IMG/VR virus record: IMGVR_UViG_3300030390_002408
Reading direction: 5' to 3' (one strand)
Origin: a virus
Length of the DNA: 64,000 bases
This document shows positions 36,617-45,762 of the stretch, one piece after another. The first letter of the stretch is position 1, and the number at the start of each line of letters is the position of its first letter. The notes under the pieces are model-generated. The model was not told the origin of the DNA. It ran no database searches and saw only the letters and a program-made list of their open reading frames with translations. The translations under genes were made by a program, and so were the position numbers.

Positions 36617-37201
36617 TTATTTTATAATTCCTGCAATTTTTAACATTTTTTTCCTTTCGTATAAATCTTCCATACTCATATCTTCTTCTAGGTCTTGGGA
36701 TTTAACCCAAAATTCATCCATCTTACCTAACATAGCAGAATCTGCTTTTCTTCTAAGATATATCCTATCACCCTCTTTTCTAGTAATTACATGGTCTTCA
36801 CCTTTATATGTTACTACCTCTTCCTCAAAATCTCCTTCAATTTCTTCATCTAATGACTCTTCTCCTGAACCTACAACATGAGATCTAGTAAAGAAAGTAA
36901 TTGAGTTTCCAATTTGATTGATTAACTTTTCATCACCTAATTCTTTAGCTGCTATTAAAGCTGATTCAAGACTGTCTTGTACTTTCTTTTCATCACCTGT
37001 TATTCCTGAGGCATCCGATGGTGGGGTTTCTTCAACTTCGATATCTTCAACTTCTTCAGTATCTTCAATATCTTCAATACCTTCAATTTCGATATCTTCT
37101 TCTTCTTTATCTTCTTTGTCGTCTTTAGCTTCAGTAACCTCTAATTGATTTTCCTCAAGCATAGCTTGACGTATCATTTCTTTTAATTCAGATTTCTTCA
37201 T
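36617..37201 (-). CDS. Acidic putative core/scaffold-like head protein
   Basis: MKKSELKEMIRQAMLEE leader; C-terminal KMLKIAGII resembles the scaffold's RFQKLAGI; late motif at 37222-37231. Confidence 0.55.
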   Translation of the reverse strand: MKKSELKEMIRQAMLEENQLEVTEAKDDKEDKEEEDIEIEGIEDIEDTEEVEDIEVEETPPSDASGITGDEKKVQDSLESALIAAKELGDEKLINQIGNSITFFTRSHVVGSGEESLDEEIEGDFEEEVVTYKGEDHVITRKEGDRIYLRRKADSAMLGKMDEFWVKSQDLEEDMSMEDLYERKKMLKIAGIIK

Positions 37202-37242
37202 TTTAATATGATTAGTTTTATTTATAAATATATAAAAAACTT

Positions 37243-37815
37243 TTATTTTTTCATCTTTCTAAGATGCTCTATAGTTTTGTCGAGGGACTCTAAAACTTTA
37301 TCTCTATTTAAACCACCATCCCACTTTTCAACATCGCCCTGTTCTGTAATAAATGAGTTATTTGATTGATTTAATTCTTCTTCAACGTATACTTTAAAAT
37401 TTTCTATAAATCCTTCTATTTCTGAATTTATGATGTTTTTCTCATATGCTTCGAATAATCCTGATTTTTTTAGATTATGTTCGAAATCAACAACACAATT
37501 AAAACACATTTTATGAATCTTATAATAATCGTCATCAAATTTATTTTTCATTTGTTTACTACAACTAGGACAAAATAGTGGAGTAATATGTTTCTTTTTT
37601 ACTTTATCTAATTTAGTAATGTTTTGTTTTATTCCATCTTTTATAGTCCATGTACGACCACTTTCTTCCCAAACATCACCTTCATCATGGAAGGTTTGAT
37701 CTTTTTTATAGCCTACACTTTGTCCTGTTTTACTTCCAGTTTTACCTTTAACTAAATTTCTTAAACGTTCAACATCTTTTTTCTTAAACTCTTTTTTTAA
37801 AACATTATCTTTCAT
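37243..37815 (-). CDS. Hypothetical protein with CxxC...CxxC Zn-finger
   Basis: EGDVWEESGRTWTIKDG, CPSC and CFNC motifs. Confidence 0.6.
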   Translation of the reverse strand: MKDNVLKKEFKKKDVERLRNLVKGKTGSKTGQSVGYKKDQTFHDEGDVWEESGRTWTIKDGIKQNITKLDKVKKKHITPLFCPSCSKQMKNKFDDDYYKIHKMCFNCVVDFEHNLKKSGLFEAYEKNIINSEIEGFIENFKVYVEEELNQSNNSFITEQGDVEKWDGGLNRDKVLESLDKTIEHLRKMKK

Positions 37816-37819
37816 ACTA

Positions 37820-38251
37820 TTATTTTTTATAACCTCTAGATAGAGTATTTAATTTGCCTTCTGTTTTTGGAGGTTGTTTAGGATCTATAACTTTAGGTTG
37901 TATGTTATCGATTAAACCTTGTATATAATCAATTTGAATTGTTAAGTGACCCTTATTAATTTTACTATTATCTATCATGTGTTTTGTGAAGGGGACAAGA
38001 GGTTTTAGCATTTCAGATTTAGGTAAAATAGAAGGAATTATATTATTTTTTAAATCTTCAATACACCTAATGTAACACTCTAAATCTTCTCTTGAATATA
38101 TATTTTCAATATATCTTTCTTTTACTACATTTAAAAATTTTTCAATATCTATCATTACTTTTTCTTCTTCAGTAAATGATGTTATTGGTTTAGGATTATG
38201 AACATTATCACCTCCCCTATAACCACCTGCTAGTTTATTTAATTTACTCAT
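37820..38251 (-). CDS. Hypothetical protein
   Basis: 143 aa; similar N- and C-terminal peptides (KLNKLAGGY / KLNTLSRGY). Confidence 0.55.
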   Translation of the reverse strand: MSKLNKLAGGYRGGDNVHNPKPITSFTEEEKVMIDIEKFLNVVKERYIENIYSREDLECYIRCIEDLKNNIIPSILPKSEMLKPLVPFTKHMIDNSKINKGHLTIQIDYIQGLIDNIQPKVIDPKQPPKTEGKLNTLSRGYKK

Positions 38252-41200
38252 AACCCTAATTCTTTTAATTGTCTTATAGTATCACTAGCTGATGTATGTA
38301 ATATTCCTACTCCCCCACTTGCTATCCATTGATTAATGTTATTTTCTCTATCATCAATTAATATAGCATTTTCTTGAGCATAGTTTTTCTTATTTCTTGA
38401 AAATGCTAGTTTTAAAGGTGTACCTGGTAAGTTATTTTTAACCCATAATCTTTTACCTAATCTAGACTCATTATTAACTGAAGGAGATGATAGTAGAATT
38501 GGTTTGTATTTACTAATATAATCCCAATATTCTTTTCCATCTTCCATCCAGGGCATTCCAACCCAAAATTTAACTCCAATTTGATTATCAATTAGATCCC
38601 AGAATTTCTTTTTTCCATTTTCTTTTTCATATTCAGAAGGAGAAACACCATTTGAGAATTTTTTAAATCTTCCATCAAAGTTAGTAATAACTCCATCCAT
38701 ATCAGAGTATATGATGTATTCCATATCTTTTCCTTTGGGTGAAGATACGACCTCTTCTTCAGGTATCCTAGTTTTTCCTAATTCTTCTTCTAAACCTTGT
38801 GCTAATTCTCTTGCATATTGATTTAAACCAAATGGATCTTTATTTTTCTTTTCATTTAATTTAAGCATTGAATCTATTTTTCCTTGAATTAAGGAGGTGT
38901 TAAATGAAAGAGGAAAATGAAGTTGAGATATAATTTTTTGAATTCTCTTATTATCTTTAGGGTTGTGGGATTTATAATTCATAGCACTTGAAGTACTATT
39001 TTTATCTAACATGTTTTTATAGTTTTCAACATATTCAGGAGTAACTATATCATCAACTATTTGGGGAATATTTTTTTTATCTTCATCCCACATATTCTCA
39101 ACCTCTTTATAAGACAAAATTCTAAACTTTTTTTGATTTCTTGATGAATTATGAATTTTTAATTTAATTAAATGTTTAAATTTATCTATATTACTAAGTT
39201 TTTTTAATAGTTTAAATACCTTTAAATATTCAAGATCAGATATTTGGATTTCTTTAACATAAGGAGTTAAGGGGAGAGATGAAGTTTTAATTAATTCTTC
39301 TCTTTCATCCATAGAAAACCATTTTTTTCCTTTTTTACGATGAGATTTGTTTTTAGTCTTTGCAAAAAGAATATCTTTTGTTGGGGTGATTTTAATATTA
39401 TTGGAAATTTTATCCCCATCTAAAGTAATCCTTGCATCTATATCTTCCCATTGAGAATCTCCACCAGCTAACTTAAAATTATAAAATTTGGAAACAACAT
39501 CTAAATTTTTATCCCTAGTTGTAGATATTCCTCCACTTATATTTGAAGCTTTAATATATTCATCTTTTAAAATTTTAAAAATTCCTGTATTCCCTTCAGG
39601 ATTTAAAATAGTAAAGTGATATAAATCACCTACTTGTTTAGCTTCATTTATATTTTCATTTAATACTGTATCAGTATAACCTCTAAAAGCTAAATTACCA
39701 TCCTGATAAGCTTCAGCTTCAATTGAAGTTAAATGATCATCTTCTTGTGTGTTAGTTGTAGTAATATCTTCTAATCTACCTTCTAAATTTTGAATATGGT
39801 GTATCATTTCATGAGCAAATGATCTTACTATATCTTTTGGATGTCTTCCTTCAGTAAATAAAACTATAGTGTTAGTATTAGGATCATAGTAAGCAGTTTT
39901 ACCAAAGAAATTTTTAGCATTATCTTGATTACCATGCTTGAATATTACTTTAGGTAAAGGAATAATATTCATTTTTTGATTTAACATATATTTAGTTAAA
40001 TCTTTTATTTGTTGTTTATAATCTATATTTTTAGAGTATGTAGCATTTTCATTAATTGAAGGTAAACTTAATGCTTTAGTCCTTTTAGACCATATATTAA
40101 TAATTTCCTTTTTTTCTTCAGATGTTAAATTTTGTAAATCTAAGTAATCATCAATTACATTCCTTAATGGTTTTTTTTCTTTTTTAGCTCTAAAATACAT
40201 TCCTTGTAAATTAGCATCTATTTCTTTTTCTAATTTGAAGTAATCTGATTTAGGTAAAAGTTCAGCATCAATCATATTCCTTAATGTTGAATCCTTAGCC
40301 ATGTATTTGCCTGGTTTTTCTTGGAATCCTTCACCATGAGTTAGATGTTCAATCTCATGACGTATAATATCTTTTAAATCCATAGAAATTTTACTCCAAT
40401 GTTTAGGTAAAAATTCAGGATCAATTTCAAATTCTACTGATATTGAGTCTTCTTCACTATAAGCTCCTCCATCAGTTTTATAATCATTGAAATTTGGGGA
40501 TTGCTTTAATGTAGCTTTGATTTCAATTTCATCATCTTCAAATGTGTAAGTGTTATTAAATTCAATTAATTCATTAGATATATTAGATTTCCAATTATTA
40601 AAGATATCACTTGAAATACGATTTGATATTGTATCATATCTTCCTTCGTTTAATGATTCTTTTTTTAATTCTGGGTGGAATTTCATCCAAACTTCTTCAG
40701 CATCGGGTTTAATTGACTCTCCATCAACCACTACTTCTACAGGGTAGACTTTAGCATCTTCACCATACCAATAATTTATTTTATATCCTCCTTCTTCTGT
40801 TAATTCTACAATTAAACCTCTATCATAATCTTCACTTTCAGCTTGTAAAAATATTTTTTTACCTCTAGGAAGTACTAAAGAAGTCTTATCTAAAATATCT
40901 TCGTTTAGGGGTTGTTTTTCATCTCCTACAGGGACTTGTCTAATATCTTTAGTATCATCAAAGTTTGGTGGGTAAGGATTATCAAACCCCCCAATTAATA
41001 TATTATCATTTTCTATAGAAAGATCAAATGTTGATGGTGATACATTTATAAAATAATTAAGGTAATAGTCTATCCTATCTTTTAAATCTAAAGACTCATT
41101 TAATGTTTTATTTTCGTCTACTGAAGGTGATAGAATTTGAAATACTTCTTCAATGTCATCTTTAGATAATTCAGATGGGAGGTACTTTTTAAATTCTTCT

Positions 41201-41694
41201 ACATTTCGGGTTTTGAGAGCTAATCTAGCATTAGTTCCACTCATTCCTTTATTATTAGTAACTATAGGTTTTAAAACCATATTAGGATATTTTTCCATAC
41301 CCTTTGATCTACTTCCCATATCTTTAAAATCATCTTCATTATCCTTTCTAGCTCCTATTACCCAATAAATAGATTGACCTGGGTTAGATTTAGCGTAGCT
41401 ATAAATTTCTCCAATTGGTGGTTTTTTAGAAGGGATTATTTCAACCTTCATTGGAAGATATTTAGTATAAATTTCCCACACTAAAACAGCTTCAGCTTGG
41501 TCTACCCCATCTCTTTCTTTAGATCCTACTAATATTTTTAAATTAGTTATTTCTGGGTTTTGTTGTAAGGCTGTTTTTACTACTTCAAAATGACCTCCAG
41601 TAGGGGGTTTGAATCCTCCACCATATAAAGCTACTACTTCTTCTTCGCCTTCATTTAAAATACTATCTACTAAGTATTGAGTTAATTTATTCAT
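38248..41694 (-). CDS. Polyvalent multidomain protein: HxGH-class nucleotidyltransferase, two zincin metallopeptidase-like domains, ART-like domain, HAD nucleotidase
   Basis: GGFKPPTGGH...MSGT; HEIEH..E; HEMIHH..E; LYHFT..ISTTR..EREE; SDMDGV..ILSS..K..LIDD. Confidence 0.75.
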   Translation of the reverse strand: MNKLTQYLVDSILNEGEEEVVALYGGGFKPPTGGHFEVVKTALQQNPEITNLKILVGSKERDGVDQAEAVLVWEIYTKYLPMKVEIIPSKKPPIGEIYSYAKSNPGQSIYWVIGARKDNEDDFKDMGSRSKGMEKYPNMVLKPIVTNNKGMSGTNARLALKTRNVEEFKKYLPSELSKDDIEEVFQILSPSVDENKTLNESLDLKDRIDYYLNYFINVSPSTFDLSIENDNILIGGFDNPYPPNFDDTKDIRQVPVGDEKQPLNEDILDKTSLVLPRGKKIFLQAESEDYDRGLIVELTEEGGYKINYWYGEDAKVYPVEVVVDGESIKPDAEEVWMKFHPELKKESLNEGRYDTISNRISSDIFNNWKSNISNELIEFNNTYTFEDDEIEIKATLKQSPNFNDYKTDGGAYSEEDSISVEFEIDPEFLPKHWSKISMDLKDIIRHEIEHLTHGEGFQEKPGKYMAKDSTLRNMIDAELLPKSDYFKLEKEIDANLQGMYFRAKKEKKPLRNVIDDYLDLQNLTSEEKKEIINIWSKRTKALSLPSINENATYSKNIDYKQQIKDLTKYMLNQKMNIIPLPKVIFKHGNQDNAKNFFGKTAYYDPNTNTIVLFTEGRHPKDIVRSFAHEMIHHIQNLEGRLEDITTTNTQEDDHLTSIEAEAYQDGNLAFRGYTDTVLNENINEAKQVGDLYHFTILNPEGNTGIFKILKDEYIKASNISGGISTTRDKNLDVVSKFYNFKLAGGDSQWEDIDARITLDGDKISNNIKITPTKDILFAKTKNKSHRKKGKKWFSMDEREELIKTSSLPLTPYVKEIQISDLEYLKVFKLLKKLSNIDKFKHLIKLKIHNSSRNQKKFRILSYKEVENMWDEDKKNIPQIVDDIVTPEYVENYKNMLDKNSTSSAMNYKSHNPKDNKRIQKIISQLHFPLSFNTSLIQGKIDSMLKLNEKKNKDPFGLNQYARELAQGLEEELGKTRIPEEEVVSSPKGKDMEYIIYSDMDGVITNFDGRFKKFSNGVSPSEYEKENGKKKFWDLIDNQIGVKFWVGMPWMEDGKEYWDYISKYKPILLSSPSVNNESRLGKRLWVKNNLPGTPLKLAFSRNKKNYAQENAILIDDRENNINQWIASGGVGILHTSASDTIRQLKELGL

Positions 41695-42489
41695 CTATTT
41701 TAAAAATTGATTAATTCTCATTTGGGCTTCTTCTTTAGACATAGTATATTCAATTACATCATCTATAAACTCATCATTTAACATTGATTGAATTTCACCT
41801 CTATCTTTGGCATTATTTTCTTCTGATTTCTTCTGTTGAGCAGGTGTTTTAGGTTTAGTTCCTTTGGGGGTAAATGGGGTTAGATATTTTTGTATTATTT
41901 TATCTATATCCTTAATCTTATCATCTAATGTATTGGCAACTGCTACAAAATTAGAGCCAAATAAATTGGCATATTTTTCTAGGTTTTGGGTTACACTCTT
42001 CCAAGTTCTCATTACAATAGCTGGAGCTAAACTTCTATCTTCACCTTTGGATTTTTCAAATCTATTTTGATTTTGTTGGAGTGATCTTTCTAAATCCGTA
42101 TAAACATAAAGCATAAATACATTGTATCCTGCTTCTTCTAACTGTAATTTTAATTCTGAAGTTTGTTTAAATGAAGCTGCTGTACCATCTAGTATAAATG
42201 ACTCTTTACCTTCAATTGTAGATTGAATATTACCTTTAAATTCTTTATTAGCATCAGCCATGGATTTAGCTTGACTACTTCTTTCTTCAGGGGTTGCATT
42301 TTTTAAATCTAATGTAATGTTAGCTTTTTTTAGCTTATCTATAAAGATACTATCAATATTTAATATTTTTATTCCCCCTAAATCTAAACCTTTAAGTACA
42401 TATCCTTTACCTGCTCCCGGGGCCCCAGCTAATATAATTGCTTTGGGGTTACCTTGAGATTCTTTTAGTAATTGAACTAAACTTATCAT
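41695..42489 (-). CDS. Zeta-toxin-like / AAA_33 P-loop kinase
   Basis: LAGAPGAGKG, NID, ILDGT, GYNVFMLYV and R motifs; leader MISLVQLLKE. Confidence 0.75.
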   Translation of the reverse strand: MISLVQLLKESQGNPKAIILAGAPGAGKGYVLKGLDLGGIKILNIDSIFIDKLKKANITLDLKNATPEERSSQAKSMADANKEFKGNIQSTIEGKESFILDGTAASFKQTSELKLQLEEAGYNVFMLYVYTDLERSLQQNQNRFEKSKGEDRSLAPAIVMRTWKSVTQNLEKYANLFGSNFVAVANTLDDKIKDIDKIIQKYLTPFTPKGTKPKTPAQQKKSEENNAKDRGEIQSMLNDEFIDDVIEYTMSKEEAQMRINQFLK

Positions 42490-42501
42490 TTGTTTCTTTT
42501 G

Positions 42502-42536
42502 TTATAAATATACGAAAGGGTATGGAGGGAAACAAA
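42502..42536 (-). promoter_or_regulatory. Composite host-type + late promoter
   Basis: TTTG-N20-TATATTTA, overlapping ATATTTATAA. Confidence 0.6.
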
Positions 42537-42543
42537 AATAGTA

Positions 42544-43314
42544 TTATTTCATTTTTGCAGTAGTTTTGAAGGATTGTTCAAATGGTTTCTGTTTTGGATT
42601 TTCTAAATCAAATAATTTTTTCACTGTAGAAAATATATCTAAATTTTCTTCATATGAACGAGGTGATTCATACATTTCCCAACCTTTACCTTGCATTTTA
42701 CCCTTAGCAGGTTTTCTTTTATTTGATTTTAACCATAAAATTCCAAACCTATCAGGACGTACCCCAAAACATTCTTCATAACATTTACCATAAATAGCTG
42801 CTTGTAAGTCATAAGTGGTTTGAAGGTGGTTTGATGTTTTAAAATCAATAATCCATATTTCCTTATTAATCTCACAAACTAAATCACACGTTCCTGCAAC
42901 TTTTAACTCATCTGAAAATAAATGTACTTCTGCTTTTAATAAAGTTGGATTATACTCTTCCCACCAATCCACAAATTTAAGAAACATTTGCCATACTTTA
43001 GGTGTGAATTGAGGATAACCGTAATCATTTAAAAAATTTAATTCTTCCCCACCTAAATAAGATTCAATCATTTCATGAACTTGGGTACCTTCTTCTGCAG
43101 ATTTTTTAACTATATAATCAGCACTATATCCTACTTTTTTTAACCAATCTTCAAAAAATTTACCTTTTGGATAGGTTCCTAAAACATGAGTTATAGATGG
43201 ATAATATTCACCATTTCTTTGATAATACCTAGAATCTGGTAGGGTGATTTGTTTTGAATCTTCTGAAATTTGGAGAATTCTTTGATGGGTAGTTTTAATT
43301 GTTTTTTTCTTCAT
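42544..43314 (-). CDS. PD-(D/E)xK exonuclease
   Basis: YPSIT, GTQVH, AGTCD, IIDFKTS and QAAIY motifs. Confidence 0.85.
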   Translation of the reverse strand: MKKKTIKTTHQRILQISEDSKQITLPDSRYYQRNGEYYPSITHVLGTYPKGKFFEDWLKKVGYSADYIVKKSAEEGTQVHEMIESYLGGEELNFLNDYGYPQFTPKVWQMFLKFVDWWEEYNPTLLKAEVHLFSDELKVAGTCDLVCEINKEIWIIDFKTSNHLQTTYDLQAAIYGKCYEECFGVRPDRFGILWLKSNKRKPAKGKMQGKGWEMYESPRSYEENLDIFSTVKKLFDLENPKQKPFEQSFKTTAKMK

Positions 43315-44237
43315 ATTAATTGCAATTTCTTCCCCATAAGTTCATATTGTGTTAATGGGAAAGTATTTTGAATTAGGTTAGTAAAATGAGAGAACCCCAT
43401 TTCACTTGGATCTTTTCCTTCTAATTCTACAAGGTAAACTTCTTTACCCTCATTCATAAATTCTTCAGCGAATTTAAGTGATTGTTTCATAGCATCATTA
43501 TCTAAAGCTATGTATATTTTTTTAACAGTTGAAGTAACTATTTTTTTCATTAAGTTTTTCTGTATATTCTTGCCTAATAGCGGTATAGCATTTCTTTTAA
43601 TAGCCATGGCATCAAAGGGTCCTTCGCACAGTATCAACGGTAATTCCCAATTAATAAACAACTCAAATGGTATAATATCTCGAGATGTTTCTGGATTTCT
43701 ATATTTTATATATGGGTTTTGTTGAAATGATCTACCTGTAAAATAATTTAAATTACCTACTTCATCATATGAAGGTATAATAATCATACTAGCATATCTT
43801 CCTGTAGAGCAGAATCCTATATTATATTTTTCAATATCATCTTTAGTTACTCCTCTTTTTCTTAAATATGAAAAAGCATGTTTAGCTAAAATGTCAGTGT
43901 TACCTATTATTTTTTGATATTCTTTAGGCAATTCTAACTTTTCAAATTTTATAACTTCATTTGACTCTCTTTCTTCACCTACTAATTTAATTAATTCTTG
44001 GTGTTTTTCAAATGATGCCCCTGCTTTTTTAAACAGTTGAGATATTCTACTTCCCTTTTTATTACAAACCCAACAATGCCAAGGGTTATAACCTTTTTTA
44101 TTTTCAGTAAAATTAACTTCTAGTTTGGGTTTTGAGTGGTTACAGTAGGGACAATGATAAGCTTGATTACCTCTAGCTGTTCTTTTTCCGGGTGTTAGTA
44201 CAGAATTAACTAGATTAACTAGAAGTTCATTTATCAT
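43311..44237 (-). CDS. DNA primase (Zn-finger + TOPRIM)
   Basis: CPYC...HCWVC, YLRKRG, LCEGPFD, LDND and KDP motifs. Confidence 0.9.
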   Translation of the reverse strand: MINELLVNLVNSVLTPGKRTARGNQAYHCPYCNHSKPKLEVNFTENKKGYNPWHCWVCNKKGSRISQLFKKAGASFEKHQELIKLVGEERESNEVIKFEKLELPKEYQKIIGNTDILAKHAFSYLRKRGVTKDDIEKYNIGFCSTGRYASMIIIPSYDEVGNLNYFTGRSFQQNPYIKYRNPETSRDIIPFELFINWELPLILCEGPFDAMAIKRNAIPLLGKNIQKNLMKKIVTSTVKKIYIALDNDAMKQSLKFAEEFMNEGKEVYLVELEGKDPSEMGFSHFTNLIQNTFPLTQYELMGKKLQLI

Positions 44238-44242
44238 ATGGG

Positions 44243-44274
44243 GGAAGATACGAATGGATTATTGTGCATCCAAG
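44243..44274 (-). promoter_or_regulatory. Bacteroidota-type promoter for primase
   Basis: CTTG-N20-TATCTTCC ending 5 nt before ATG. Confidence 0.45.
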
Positions 44275-44714
44275 TCTTTTGTGAAGAACTTTCCTAAAAT
44301 ATTATCATTAAAAAATTCATCAGGTTTTTCTAAAACTTGATAAACAAATAAATACTTAGTTTCATAATAAGTTAATAACTTTTTTGTAGGGGCAACTGAA
44401 ATTATATTTCTTGTAAAATTTTCATTAGGTTCTGTTTTTATTAATTCTAATAAAGTTTTATTTGAACCCCAATATGTTTTCCAATCAGATTCTTTTGATG
44501 TTCTCTTATATGAAGGTTTTCTCCCTTTAGTATTCTCATATAACTCTAAATCTTTTTTAGTTAATTTAACTTTTTTATTATGTACTAATACTTTTTTACC
44601 AATGTAAGATTTACCAGTAGGTGTGTGTGTTATTCTATATACAAACCCAAATGTATTATCTGGGAATTGAGTAACTTCATTGATGGTTTCTCCATTTTTA
44701 TAATTCCAACTCAT
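44259..44714 (-). CDS. GIY-YIG family nuclease
   Basis: GFVYRIT...SYIGKK, YWGS, E and N catalytic-type residues. Confidence 0.75.
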   Translation of the reverse strand: MSWNYKNGETINEVTQFPDNTFGFVYRITHTPTGKSYIGKKVLVHNKKVKLTKKDLELYENTKGRKPSYKRTSKESDWKTYWGSNKTLLELIKTEPNENFTRNIISVAPTKKLLTYYETKYLFVYQVLEKPDEFFNDNILGKFFTKDLDAQ

Positions 44715-45757
44715 TATGTGTCAAAGTTTACAATTATTGTAGTATCCACAAATTGGGAAACAGGTACGGGCATTGATAATTTACCTACTACTAATAATTC
44801 ATTTACTTCGTTATACAGTCCTACAGTAGTTACATAAGGTGTAAATTCTGATCCTGTAGCGAAGTTATAGTATACATCATCAAAACTCCCTGATAATATT
44901 GAGGGATTTTGAGAGTAACCATACTCATTATCTAATATTCTACATTTGTATTGGTTTTCATATATTCTTACTGATGAAGAGTATGATAAATTTATTTTTT
45001 CTAATACTTGATATGTTAAATCTTCATCTATTAATCTTCCTATAGGGGCTAAGGCACCTGTTGTAAAAGTAGCTAAACCATGAGAGTAAAATATTTGCCC
45101 TACTACATCATTTAAATTTCCTATTGGTGATGATGGAGTACTAGATCCATAAGTACTTGTACCATAAGTTCCAGTTCCATATTGTCCCGTAGCAAGTAAA
45201 CCTGAGGATGTATTTGATAAAATTAAATTGCCTTCTCCATCATCTTTAATTTCATACCCATTACCTTCTGAAGAAGTGTAGTTAAATCCAAAAGTTTGAG
45301 GAACAATATTATTCCCATATAGTTTAGTAGGAATAGAAACAACAGAAATTTCACCCCCAGAGCTAGTAGGAAAATATCTTGATTGAGTTAAAGTGGTTTG
45401 TAAGTAGTTTTCATAACGAGGAGCATTTATTTCTCCAACATAATCATCATACTCAGGGGTTGCCCCGGGTATAACACTTTGGGTGGGTACTGTATCTCCT
45501 CTACTTGAACTTAAATAGTTAGAGTAGTATAGATGTTTTATACTATAGTATATTCCTGTTGTATTTTCAGGATAAACTATACCTGTAGGAGTTGAGGTAG
45601 TTGTTGAAAATAGATTTGAGGTTGGTTTTACCCCCGAATAAATTTCAATCCCAACATCTGAACCCGTAATTTGACTCCCAATAAATGTAAATTTCTTATT
45701 AGGGTCAAATGGAGTTATAGTAACATCTTTGGTTGTAAATTGTTTGTAAGCGCTCAT
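44714..45757 (-). CDS. Baseplate/tail structural protein
   Basis: DDGEGNL, YGTGTYGTSTYG repeat, C-terminal YVTTVGLYNEVNELLVVGKLS. Confidence 0.6.
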   Translation of the reverse strand: MSAYKQFTTKDVTITPFDPNKKFTFIGSQITGSDVGIEIYSGVKPTSNLFSTTTSTPTGIVYPENTTGIYYSIKHLYYSNYLSSSRGDTVPTQSVIPGATPEYDDYVGEINAPRYENYLQTTLTQSRYFPTSSGGEISVVSIPTKLYGNNIVPQTFGFNYTSSEGNGYEIKDDGEGNLILSNTSSGLLATGQYGTGTYGTSTYGSSTPSSPIGNLNDVVGQIFYSHGLATFTTGALAPIGRLIDEDLTYQVLEKINLSYSSSVRIYENQYKCRILDNEYGYSQNPSILSGSFDDVYYNFATGSEFTPYVTTVGLYNEVNELLVVGKLSMPVPVSQFVDTTIIVNFDT

Positions 45758-45762
45758 TCATT

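Noticed and set aside
27038-41694. Complete NAD reconstitution pathway (NARP) from the NadR-like kinase and nucleotidyltransferase domain
   Set aside because: No Nampt or PRPP-synthetase-like gene in the window, and substrates cannot be assigned from motifs
44259-44714. GIY-YIG gene as a mobile homing endonuclease or intron
   Set aside because: Short, no C-terminal DNA-binding repeats, and it interrupts no gene
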